DNA of 62,507 nucleotides from a virus (taxonomy: Duplodnaviria > Caudoviricetes). The notes below the pieces were generated by a model, which saw only the letters and a program-made list of their open reading frames with translations, was not told where the DNA came from and did not search any database. The stretch's first letter is position 1; every line of letters starts with the position of its first letter. Below, piece after piece: positions 1 through 8,530 of this stretch. Location of the stretch: positions 1-62,507 of the IMG/VR virus record IMGVR_UViG_3300031658_000005. One strand, given 5' to 3'. The position numbers and the translations under genes are program-made.

Positions 1-218
1 AAATTTTGATTAAGAATCTTTTTGAGGTCTTTCTCTGTTGTGCTTGAGTTTGCTCCTAGGTGGATAACTATATCTTGGTCAAAAACATTCGGTAAACCAG
101 AGTCCCCAAGATTAATGTCAAATTTTGTTACATTATAGCCCCTGTGAGACAAGTAAGCAGCCAAGTTAGATCCTATGAATCCTCCTCCGCCCGTAATTAA
201 TACTCTATTCGCTCTCAC
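1..218 (-). CDS. hldD: NAD-dependent epimerase, ADP-L-glycero-D-manno-heptose 6-epimerase (HldD/GmhD)-like; 5' part only, runs off window (absent from ORF track)
   Basis: Hand translation from GTG at 218: MRANRVLITGGGGFIGSNLAAYLSHRGYNVTKFDINLGDSGLPNVFDQDIVIHLGANSSTTEKDLKKILNQN. Has the Rossmann TGGxGFIG motif, and HLGANSSTTE matches the HldD H-x-G-A-x-S-S-T-T-E segment. Confidence 0.75.
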   Translation of the reverse strand, partial: MRANRVLITGGGGFIGSNLAAYLSHRGYNVTKFDINLGDSGLPNVFDQDIVIHLGANSSTTEKDLKKILNQN

Positions 219-633
219 AATTACATTCGAGATCAGGAATACACTCTTGTATCAAGTTTTTAATAAGATGCTCGCTAAAATCAGACTCCTTAATCTCTGC
301 CAAGACTTTATTAAGCTCCTCGTCTCCTGTGTCATCATCCAACTCTACTTTTTCAAAAAAATCAAAATTATTCTGAAACGTGTAGTTTTGCACAACTTCA
401 ATTATTAACTCATCATTTTTGAATGATTTATTTATAGAAAAAGAAGAATGCCCATTTGAAATATGGATGTCTTCTTTCGCTTCTGTTAATTCTAATAAGC
501 CTCCCTGTATTTTGTAATTTTTTAAAATCCAGATTTTCTTAGAATATTTAGTAGAAGATTCAAACTTGATATCAGCATCAAAAGACAAACTTTGATAAAG
601 TTTATCGTCTAGGAACTTGACCGTATAAGGCAT
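205..633 (-). CDS. hypothetical protein (acidic C-terminus)
   Basis: ORF track 205..738. Start moved to MPYTVKF (633) because it avoids overlap with the upstream gene and a GTGTAA element lies 10 nt upstream. Confidence 0.6.
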   Translation of the reverse strand: MPYTVKFLDDKLYQSLSFDADIKFESSTKYSKKIWILKNYKIQGGLLELTEAKEDIHISNGHSSFSINKSFKNDELIIEVVQNYTFQNNFDFFEKVELDDDTGDEELNKVLAEIKESDFSEHLIKNLIQECIPDLECNCESE

Positions 634-649
634 TATAATTACCTTACAC

Positions 650-877
650 CTATTCTTTTGTTTCGCCTTTTCTGTTTTCAGCAGGAGCCTCTTCAACTTT
701 AGATTGAAGCTCCTGTAATGCCGAAGACTTTTCGTCATCAGACATTTCTTCTATATTCCGCTCAACTTCTTGAGCAGCGAGACTATGCATAATGTTAATT
801 GCTTCCGCCAAAGTAATGCTGGAAACCATTTCTGAGGTTAAATAAGATTTTAACTTACTAGTGTCTTCTTCGGTCAT
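650..877 (-). CDS. small hypothetical helical protein
   Basis: ORF track 650..1027. Likely start MTEEDTSK at 877, immediately after the stop of the 879 gene. Confidence 0.55.
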   Translation of the reverse strand: MTEEDTSKLKSYLTSEMVSSITLAEAINIMHSLAAQEVERNIEEMSDDEKSSALQELQSKVEEAPAENRKGETKE

Positions 878-878
878 A

Positions 879-1109
879 TCAGTCTTTTTCTTTGCTTGCG
901 TAAATTCTAATATCTGGCTGGTTTGACCCCTTCTCTTTGAAGGAATTTGGAAAGCAGACAATTTTAAGGTCTCTGCCCTCAGAGTCTTTAATAGATCCAC
1001 TATAGTAAGATTGCTTTTGACCATCAACCCTCCAAAGAGCGCCTAGTTCACGTTGCTTCCATTCGTCACTCGTTGTTGACCCTGCTTCTGTTGTGTTATT
1101 ATCACTCAT
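879..1109 (-). CDS. DUF736-like small protein (possible nucleic-acid-binding beta protein)
   Basis: ELGALW...G..SYYSG.I......KIVCFPN..K...NQPDIRIY pattern typical of DUF736. Start taken at MSDNNTT; exact start uncertain. Confidence 0.55.
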   Translation of the reverse strand: MSDNNTTEAGSTTSDEWKQRELGALWRVDGQKQSYYSGSIKDSEGRDLKIVCFPNSFKEKGSNQPDIRIYASKEKD

Positions 1110-1123
1110 ATTATCATTCATAA

Positions 1124-1288
1124 TTATTTGTTCGTAAATCTTCCTTGGACGCTTTTCCAAAACTTTTCTTTACCAAGTTCAAGGTAGCGTTTTTTTTGAA
1201 GTTTGTAAAGCTTTTTTTGAATATGATTGCCGTTTTTTTTATCATAGCCGACTAATTCACGTATTCTCTTAGCAGTAGAGCCACTCAT
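1124..1288 (-). CDS. small basic protein, 54 aa (absent from ORF track)
   Basis: MSGSTAKRIRELVGYDKKNGNHIQKKLYKLQKKRYLELGKEKFWKSVQGRFTNK. ATGA overlap with the Clp ATPase stop; fills the gap between neighbours. Confidence 0.65.
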   Translation of the reverse strand: MSGSTAKRIRELVGYDKKNGNHIQKKLYKLQKKRYLELGKEKFWKSVQGRFTNK

Positions 1289-3627
1289 GACATATGATCA
1301 TGAGTTGTCAAATCTTTTTCAACAAAAAGTTTGATATTTTTCTCTCCAGACAAAACCCTACCCGAAACAAAAGGAGTTATTTCCGACAGGACTTTTTTGC
1401 TCAAAGCATCAACTTTAAACTTTTCTTTTTGAATCTGGTTTACAATTTCTTTTATGTAATTAAAGTCAAAAGTCAGATCTATGTCGCTGTCTTTTAATCT
1501 ATTTTTTAATCTATTTAATTTGAAAAAGAGAAGTCTTCTCAAGCCTCTCTTGTTTAGCTCCTTCAATGAGAAACATTCATCAACAAGAGATAAAATATCT
1601 GGATGAATAACAAGATTATCTTTGCCTGATGACACTTTTTGAAAACCCATTGAAGATTGACTACTAGAAATAGCACTGGTTAAAAATATTTTACAATTCG
1701 TAAAATCAGCAATATCCCCATTACTCATTTGTAGCTGACCATGTTTGAGGATCTGGTTGAACAATGGAATTGCCGAAGGATTAACTTTATGAAAATCATC
1801 AATAATGATTACGCTATTAGGGGAAATTAGAATTTTTTCACAAATAGATGTATTATTGCCATTAGAGGCCGCAATTTTATGAGGAGCATAAGAATCAGAG
1901 AAATGCACTCCACTATAAGATAATACGTCTACCGAATTCCTCTCCAGACTATCCTTTAATAATTTTGCAAAATGAGATTTGCCGCTAAATTTAGGGCCGC
2001 TTACAATAAAACAATCTGGAGATGCAAAATTATCAGTTGATCTAATGCCAAGGCTAGATAAGATTATTTTTTCTTTTAATTTCCTTAGAAAGTCCTTTTG
2101 TCCAATGAGCGACTCTCCAATAATCTCAAATGTTTCAGAGGCAATCCCTCTATCGTTCAAGGGGTTTTTTTTCCGATCAAAAAAGTCTTTCAAATGGCAA
2201 AGTTTAACTTTTGGGGTTTTTTTAGATAAACCTTTGGTCCATTTTTCCAAAGATACATTTAACTCCTGCAAAAGTTCCACATAATCTTTGTCGGGATCTA
2301 AGGCAGCAGCCATTGTTTCTATTTGCTGGTTTTTAATCAATGGGTCCGTCTCCCAATAACTCATCTTTGATTTCGCCCCACAATGATCGACAACATCAAT
2401 AGCCTTATCAGGGTAAAATTTATTTGGAATATACTTTTCACAATAATCAATAATATTCTCCAAGAACGAGTCCGAATACTTAACGCCATGAAAATCTTCG
2501 TAGTAAGAAGTTATCGTAGGGAGAATTTTTTCCATTTGAAATCTAGATGGCTCACGAATCGAAATACGTTCAAACCTACGATCCAATGCTGTGTCTTTTT
2601 TTATTGTATTTGTATACTCATTAATGGTGGTAGCTCCTATGCAACTTATCGTTCCTCTAGCTAACTCTGGCTTAAGTATATTTGATGCCTCTAAAGAATT
2701 ACTTATGCCTCCCCCAGCGCCAATTAAAGTGTGAACCTCATCAATGAATAGAATTAAATTGCTGTATTTTTTAGATTCAGTGATAAAATCCTCTAGGCGC
2801 TTTTCAAACTGACCTCTATATTCAGTGCCAGCAACCATGCTAGACAAACTAACAGAGTAAATAACCTTGTCAGATATAAGCTCTGGAACGTCCCCAGAAA
2901 CTATTCTAGAGGCCAAGCCCTCTATTAAAGAAGTCTTTCCTGTCCCCGCTGGTCCGACAAGCAGAGCATTGGGTTTCTTTTTTCTACAAAGAACAGTGGA
3001 TATCTCCTCTATCTTTCCGTCAAAATCAACAATGTTATCGAAATCTTCATTTAAAGATTTTAAATTTAAATTTTCAGCAAATTGAGAAAGAATCTCGTTT
3101 TCAGAGAACATGTCAATCCAGTCTTTTGGAGCACTAGAAATAGTCTCTACTGAATCATCGCTAAGGTCAATGTCTTTTACGATTAGTGAGCACTCTTTAA
3201 TAATATCAAATGCTATTTCATTAAAGTTTTGCTCGCCCAAGGGAAATAATGTTTTAACAACCTTGGGAGATGAGGTCGCCTCGAAGAACGCCATTAAAAT
3301 AACTTCTGGAGGAATATAATCTAATTGAAAACTTTCCATTGAAATCTTCTCTGCTTCTTGGAGAAGATTTCTTACGTCCGTCTTTAATACCTTCTTAGTG
3401 TATTTATTTTTCTTTTTCCGACTTAAGACATTGCGAGATTCTTTTAATAGATCTTTTAAATCTATATCAACTTTTTTAAGAAGAGAAAAACAAGAAAGAC
3501 TTAAATCATTAATAAAACAATGAAAAAATAAATCTATATCAGCTCCATTTCTACCAAGGACACCGCATAAATTTTTAGTATCTTCTAATACTCCCTCTAT
3601 GTGAGGAGTAAGCGGCAAACTAGTCAT
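1285..3627 (-). CDS. ClpA/ClpC-like AAA+ ATPase (Hsp100) with degenerate second AAA module
   Basis: N-terminal Clp-repeat-like region. D1: RKKKPNALLVGPAGTGKT, AGTEYRGQFE pore loop, LFIDEVH, IGATT, DTALDRRF, PDKAIDVVD. D2: GPKFSGKS, IIIDDFHK, DFTNCKIFLTS, SMGF loop. Confidence 0.9.
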   Translation of the reverse strand: MTSLPLTPHIEGVLEDTKNLCGVLGRNGADIDLFFHCFINDLSLSCFSLLKKVDIDLKDLLKESRNVLSRKKKNKYTKKVLKTDVRNLLQEAEKISMESFQLDYIPPEVILMAFFEATSSPKVVKTLFPLGEQNFNEIAFDIIKECSLIVKDIDLSDDSVETISSAPKDWIDMFSENEILSQFAENLNLKSLNEDFDNIVDFDGKIEEISTVLCRKKKPNALLVGPAGTGKTSLIEGLASRIVSGDVPELISDKVIYSVSLSSMVAGTEYRGQFEKRLEDFITESKKYSNLILFIDEVHTLIGAGGGISNSLEASNILKPELARGTISCIGATTINEYTNTIKKDTALDRRFERISIREPSRFQMEKILPTITSYYEDFHGVKYSDSFLENIIDYCEKYIPNKFYPDKAIDVVDHCGAKSKMSYWETDPLIKNQQIETMAAALDPDKDYVELLQELNVSLEKWTKGLSKKTPKVKLCHLKDFFDRKKNPLNDRGIASETFEIIGESLIGQKDFLRKLKEKIILSSLGIRSTDNFASPDCFIVSGPKFSGKSHFAKLLKDSLERNSVDVLSYSGVHFSDSYAPHKIAASNGNNTSICEKILISPNSVIIIDDFHKVNPSAIPLFNQILKHGQLQMSNGDIADFTNCKIFLTSAISSSQSSMGFQKVSSGKDNLVIHPDILSLVDECFSLKELNKRGLRRLLFFKLNRLKNRLKDSDIDLTFDFNYIKEIVNQIQKEKFKVDALSKKVLSEITPFVSGRVLSGEKNIKLFVEKDLTTHDHMS

Positions 3628-6181
3628 TCCTCACCTCCCTTAATTTCATGTATATATCTGTATTAACTAAATTGATTTTGTCAACGAAGAGAGCATCACT
3701 ACTCTTCGACCCATTTATAACGATAACTTGACTTTTCGCAATCTTTTTCCCACTATCTAGGAAATTAGATAATTTGTTTTCCCTCCTGTTGTCCATAAAC
3801 AAAAAGTTCCTAGTGGCGGTGTTATCGCAAATAGTTAATAGCATATACTTATTATCATTTAAAGAGGTTCTCACAAAGAAATCCTTAACCTCTCCAACAA
3901 CTTGAAATGTCTCACTATCACTAAAGCCCTCTAGATCCTTTAAGTCAACTAAAGATGAATATTTATCCAAGAAACAATCTCGTAAATTATGGGAGTAACT
4001 ATAGCCAAGTAGTGCGGTCTCATACCTCCAATTTGCAAACATTTCATGTTTCCTATTTTGAATATATATTTTTTTATAGCCATCAAATTTCTTTTTAAAA
4101 GTTTCAAATCGCTTCTCTTTCATTATCGGCCTATTGTCGTCTCCTAAAGTCTGCTTTTTGCGGACTTCTGATATAGCATCCAAAATATCATACCCGAACA
4201 CCTCTCCTGTTTTTGCAAAATTTCTTTTTTCTCTATCAGTTAGCAAGTTAAATGATTGAGCTTCTAGCACCATACGAGTTCTATTGGTTCCCGCCCCATC
4301 CATGGTCCCAGCTTGAATTAAAGCCGCTAAAACGGAAATATTAATCTCGCACTGTTTGGCCGCTAAGAATACCTCATATTTATTTGCAAACTCTCTACCC
4401 CTAAAGTCAATTAGGCTCTGTATAGACTTTAAAGATATACCCTTTATGCTATTTAGCCCATACCTAATGTCATTCCCCTCGATTTTAAAATTAAAATCAG
4501 ACTTGAACAAACAAGGAGGTAGCATTTTAAACCCAAAGTCCCCTAATTCTTCATTCACACTAGAAACAACTTGCAATGGATCTGGGTCAAATTCTGAAAA
4601 CTCTAAAATTGAAAGGAAAAATTCTTGCGGATAAGTATGTTTTAGAAAAACTGTTTTAGCAGCCAAGTCAGCATAGGCGAAACTATGAGATTTATTAAAA
4701 GAGTAATTAGAGGCTGCAACTAAAGAATTCCAATAAAAGTCACTAATCTCTTCTCCTAATTTCTTCTCTACTCCAGCCTCATAAACTCTATCCTTCCACT
4801 TGGGCATTTCATCAACCTTCTTTTTCCCCACAATCCTCCTTAGCGTCTCCGCTTCTTCTAAGGTTAATCCAAATACTTTGTGAGCGATTTGCATTAATTG
4901 CTCTTGATACAAAATCACATTTTTTGACCAAGATAAAATCTTATCTAATTCGGGATTTAAGTTTAATTCTACAGGCGAGCCTTTTTGATCTATGTAAGAG
5001 TCCACAAACTCTAGTGCTGCAGGTCTAACAAGCGCCATAACATCTGAAAGCTCATTAATGTCTATTGGCATTACCTTCTTGCAAACCTTGAAATTTGTTT
5101 CAGCAGAAATTTGGAAAAGACCCACTGGATGCTTAAAATTCTGAAGAATATCATAAATGAATTGATCATTAGGATCAATATCCTCTATTTTAATTCCAAC
5201 TTTATCGCAAGTTTTATGAGCGATAGTAAGAGTCCTTAAACCAAGAATGTCAAACTTGACCATTAAGTCTGCCACATCATTCATGTCATAGCCAGTAATT
5301 AAGTCTCCATCTTTTGTCCTCTGCAATGGAACTATTTCTTCAATTTTTTGAGAACAAATTGCAATACCAGAGGGATGCACTCCAGTATTTTTAGGCAAAT
5401 TCTCTACTTTGAGAGCATTTTCAAAAGTTTTCTTATGACTTTTAACCCATGTCTTAAATCTATCGCTTTCTTCTTCAGCCTGTATTAATGAATTTACTTT
5501 GCCGTGTAGCTTTGGTATCATATCTGAAACCTGATTGGCTTCAATTTCCCTAGCTTCGTCAAAATATTTTGTAGCCTCCCTTATGCAAAGCTTAGAACTA
5601 AAAGTATTAAATGTTAGGATCTTCGCTGTCCGCCCCTCATGCTTTTTCTCAATATATTCTATAACCTTGTATCTTTGATCATATGAAATATCAGAGTCAA
5701 CATCTGGCAAAAGACTACCAACAAGAAACTGCTTGCCCCTTTTGTCTTCTACTTTCTTGGCTCTTGATTTAGAAACAAATCTCTCAAAGAAAAGATCGTG
5801 TGGTATTGGGTCTATATTTGTTACCCCAAGAAGATAAAGAACAAGAGACCCAGCAGCAGAGCCTCGACCAGCCCCAGTAGGAATATTATTGTCATGACAA
5901 AAGTTTAAAACATCCCAGTTAAGAAGAATATAATCTGTAAAGTCAAGATCTACAAAAGTCTCTAATTCCTGTTTAGCCCTAGCAAAATAAACTTCTTTAT
6001 TGTCGTAGTTTACGATACCTTTATCTTTTAAGCCTTTTCTAGCAAGTTCATATAATATATCATTATTAGAACTATCAAGATTAAGGCCAAGTTCATTTAG
6101 TTTATCTTCATTGATGACTGTTTTAGGCAACTCTACTCCAGCAGGTTCACAATCATCATATGGTGTAAAATCTTCAAACAT
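3620..6181 (-). CDS. dnaE: DNA polymerase III alpha (family C, DnaE-like) catalytic subunit lacking the PHP domain
   Basis: GAGRGSAAGSLVLYLLGVT, LFFERF, LPDVDSD catalytic aspartates, GVHPSG, KFDILGLRTL, YQEQLM, YSFNKSHS, IRYGLNSIKG, C-terminal OB-fold region. Confidence 0.95.
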   Translation of the reverse strand: MFEDFTPYDDCEPAGVELPKTVINEDKLNELGLNLDSSNNDILYELARKGLKDKGIVNYDNKEVYFARAKQELETFVDLDFTDYILLNWDVLNFCHDNNIPTGAGRGSAAGSLVLYLLGVTNIDPIPHDLFFERFVSKSRAKKVEDKRGKQFLVGSLLPDVDSDISYDQRYKVIEYIEKKHEGRTAKILTFNTFSSKLCIREATKYFDEAREIEANQVSDMIPKLHGKVNSLIQAEEESDRFKTWVKSHKKTFENALKVENLPKNTGVHPSGIAICSQKIEEIVPLQRTKDGDLITGYDMNDVADLMVKFDILGLRTLTIAHKTCDKVGIKIEDIDPNDQFIYDILQNFKHPVGLFQISAETNFKVCKKVMPIDINELSDVMALVRPAALEFVDSYIDQKGSPVELNLNPELDKILSWSKNVILYQEQLMQIAHKVFGLTLEEAETLRRIVGKKKVDEMPKWKDRVYEAGVEKKLGEEISDFYWNSLVAASNYSFNKSHSFAYADLAAKTVFLKHTYPQEFFLSILEFSEFDPDPLQVVSSVNEELGDFGFKMLPPCLFKSDFNFKIEGNDIRYGLNSIKGISLKSIQSLIDFRGREFANKYEVFLAAKQCEINISVLAALIQAGTMDGAGTNRTRMVLEAQSFNLLTDREKRNFAKTGEVFGYDILDAISEVRKKQTLGDDNRPIMKEKRFETFKKKFDGYKKIYIQNRKHEMFANWRYETALLGYSYSHNLRDCFLDKYSSLVDLKDLEGFSDSETFQVVGEVKDFFVRTSLNDNKYMLLTICDNTATRNFLFMDNRRENKLSNFLDSGKKIAKSQVIVINGSKSSDALFVDKINLVNTDIYMKLREVRND

Positions 6182-6795
6182 TATAGATCCATGTGTTTTT
6201 TAAGTTTCAAGAAAATCTGATAACACATTTTAATGTCATACATAGCGTTATGAAGCTTGGACTCATCAAACTCTATGCTGAAAAATTTTAATAATTGGTT
6301 TTGTGAAACTTTAGCCTTGAGACTGCGATCATTAATAATCTTATATTGCCAGCTAAGTATGTCGCTCTTTGGCTTATCTAATTCTTCTCTGTATGCTTTG
6401 CCAAAAGCTCTCGTATCATATATTCTAGGAAGATAAGAATAGTCTGGCTCTTGACCCAGAAGCCTTTGCAAAAGGGCGACCATATAAACATCAAAGCCTA
6501 GTAAGTTTTGGCCCACAATAATGTATTGAGGGTCGAACAAGTAAGTTTCAAATTTAGACCATACTTCCGATAGTGATCGGGACTTTTGATTATAAAGGCC
6601 CCAGTCAAATCCAGTTAGTTTTTTGACCACCTCTGGTATGTTAAGCTCTTTATGAGAGATAAATTCATCGTGTTCTTCTAGGATTTTATTGCCCTGACAA
6701 ACTATCCAAGATAGCTGCCAAGTTTTAGAAGAGTGTAAATTTAAACCTTCCGTTTCTGTGTCGAAGACTAAGTATTTTTGATTACTTGGTAACAT
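6181..6795 (-). CDS. DEDDh 3'-5' exonuclease (DnaQ/epsilon-like proofreading subunit)
   Basis: ExoI VFDTETEG, ExoII GQNLLGFD, ExoIII HNAMYD. TAATG 1-nt overlap with dnaE. Confidence 0.9.
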   Translation of the reverse strand: MLPSNQKYLVFDTETEGLNLHSSKTWQLSWIVCQGNKILEEHDEFISHKELNIPEVVKKLTGFDWGLYNQKSRSLSEVWSKFETYLFDPQYIIVGQNLLGFDVYMVALLQRLLGQEPDYSYLPRIYDTRAFGKAYREELDKPKSDILSWQYKIINDRSLKAKVSQNQLLKFFSIEFDESKLHNAMYDIKMCYQIFLKLKKHMDL

Positions 6796-7480
6796 TTTCT
6801 AAAAAGGATTCGTATGAAAATTCATTGGAGCAAAAATTATCTAAACGTGGATTACTGTAAGTTGGGACTCTACCTTGCTTCCTGCTACAAACAGCCTTAT
6901 ACATCTGGAAGGCTTCAAAGTCTTCTTTGTTTCTGTAATAAATGCTCTTTGCGTTTTCTGTTTTTACTCCCAGTCTTTTAAGGGCTAAGCTGATTTGAAA
7001 GTCAAATGGATGACCATTCGCCTCTTCAATATAAAAATGATCATAATCATCTAAAGAGAGATTGCAAAGGCCAAAGTGAAAAATATTATTGTAAACATAA
7101 GAGTCGTAAAATGGAACCCCTATACTAACATCCTCAAGTTTTGATTTACTTAGATCTGATAAACGCAAGCAGTCTCCCTCACTAGTAAAGCACTTGCTAT
7201 ATAAACTCCTTACAACTGAGACCCCCTTGTTGTTTTTAGGGAGAAATATTAGCTTACTAGGCATCTCCGATAAGCTAGACTGAACGACAGGCAATCTTAC
7301 TCCATAAATCATGGGGATTCCAATTTCTAAGAAAGCTTTGTTGGCGATTCTGAATCCATAAAAATTATCCTCTACGAGAATCATTTTATTTATATCGCCC
7401 GTTTCAGCAATTTCTACTAGGTCTTCAATTCTCAAAAGAGATTTCCCTATACTAAAGTTGCTCTTAAATAGTGGTATCAC
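6782..7480 (-). CDS. stand-alone PHP domain of DNA polymerase III alpha (metal ligands degenerate)
   Basis: FKSNFSIGKSLLRIEDLVEIA...LVEDNFYGF...GIPMIYGV...LIFLPKNNKG mirrors the DnaE N-terminus (HxHxxYS, TDH, KPIxG, LLAKNxxG); ends in IYYRNKED...FCSNEF. Confidence 0.8.
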   Translation of the reverse strand: MIPLFKSNFSIGKSLLRIEDLVEIAETGDINKMILVEDNFYGFRIANKAFLEIGIPMIYGVRLPVVQSSLSEMPSKLIFLPKNNKGVSVVRSLYSKCFTSEGDCLRLSDLSKSKLEDVSIGVPFYDSYVYNNIFHFGLCNLSLDDYDHFYIEEANGHPFDFQISLALKRLGVKTENAKSIYYRNKEDFEAFQMYKAVCSRKQGRVPTYSNPRLDNFCSNEFSYESFLENVTK

Positions 7481-7486
7481 TTCCGA

Positions 7487-7515
7487 AGATTACAATAGCT
7501 CTACTCTCTTGTCAA
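7487..7515 (-). promoter_or_regulatory. sigma70-like promoter for the PHP-exo-dnaE genes
   Basis: Minus strand TTGACA (7515-7510), N17, TAATCT (7492-7487), then 6 nt to the GTG at 7480. Confidence 0.55.
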
Positions 7516-8530
7516 ATGAAAAGGCGGGGCATCCTGCATATTTTTCTTTCTTTATCGTGCAGCCTTCAGAAAACTTCGACTCTAAAGCTTCTTTATGGTC
7601 GGCAGAAGAAACAAAATTACCCTCTTGATCTTCTAAGATGTAGTAGTCCCTAGGAAACTTAAACGGACAATGCCACATTAACGTTCCATCTTTTTTAAGT
7701 TGACCTATGCGATCAGCCCTTCCGCAAACAATTTTTCCTGCAAAGCCTTCTTCTTTTGAAGGATACCCTTTGTCCCAAGCTAATCCACTAGTAGCTGTTT
7801 TTTTGTTGAAATTATTAATCACTTTTTGTATGTCCGTCAAGAAATACTCAAAGCCCTCTAAATCTAATTCGTCCAAAGACTCCATGACCAAAAGGCCTTC
7901 TCCTTTTAAATCAAATTTAAGGAATAAAAATTCCATGCGTCTTTTTAAGTATTCTGGATAAAGATATTTTACTGCAAGGCAATACATGTAATCTTGCATA
8001 TTGTCTGTGTAATCTTTCCCCTGAAAAATACTTTTAGAAGTTTTAAAATCTCGAATTATAGCAATCTTCTTCCTCTTGAACAAGAAGAGCTTATCAATAA
8101 ATCCTAATATTCGGTAATCTTTTCCACCGTCATTGACTTTAAGGTCAAACTTCTTTTCTGAAATAGATTCCGTTGGCTTGCTCTCCGTGTCTCCAAAGAA
8201 ATCAAAATTCAAACCTTCAACAGTCATCTTGTTAATAAGATCCATGTTTTCAAAATCATCTATCTCGTATTTCTTGGCGTAAGCCACCACCATTCTTTTG
8301 ATTGACTTGCTGACATTTATATCTTGAGCCTTAAGAATCGCCTTATAATGTTTCCTATGACGAGGGTTTCCTAGGTTTTCAAAAACAGCATGGCAGATTG
8401 TCCCCCTTAAAGAACCGTGATTAGATTTATCAGGTAGCCTCAACTGGTATTTGCACCAATACTGCCAAGTGCATGTTTGGAGCGTCTTGATTCTTGACGC
8501 TGATAAAGGTTTATTATTAAAAGTTTCCAT
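7490..8530 (-). CDS. PD-(D/E)xK exonuclease, Cas4/AddB/RecB-like
   Basis: LSASRIKTLQTC, RGTICHAVFE, ISEKKF, GFIDKL, IRDFKTSK, QDYMY; C-terminal Cys residues (IVCG, WHCPF, GCP) are candidate Fe-S ligands. Confidence 0.85.
   Translation of the reverse strand: METFNNKPLSASRIKTLQTCTWQYWCKYQLRLPDKSNHGSLRGTICHAVFENLGNPRHRKHYKAILKAQDINVSKSIKRMVVAYAKKYEIDDFENMDLINKMTVEGLNFDFFGDTESKPTESISEKKFDLKVNDGGKDYRILGFIDKLFLFKRKKIAIIRDFKTSKSIFQGKDYTDNMQDYMYCLAVKYLYPEYLKRRMEFLFLKFDLKGEGLLVMESLDELDLEGFEYFLTDIQKVINNFNKKTATSGLAWDKGYPSKEEGFAGKIVCGRADRIGQLKKDGTLMWHCPFKFPRDYYILEDQEGNFVSSADHKEALESKFSEGCTIKKEKYAGCPAFSFDKRVELL

Noticed and set aside
1306-1311. TTGACA on the minus strand near the end of the Clp ATPase gene as a promoter
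   Set aside because: No acceptable -10 hexamer at 16-18 nt spacing.
3620-7480. Split intein or programmed frameshift joining the polymerase pieces
   Set aside because: No intein terminal motifs and no correctly phased slippery heptamer; the overlaps look like ordinary translational coupling.
7490-8530. Cas4-like nuclease as evidence of CRISPR-Cas
   Set aside because: No repeat-spacer array or other cas genes were seen; solo Cas4-like exonucleases are common in phage replication modules.
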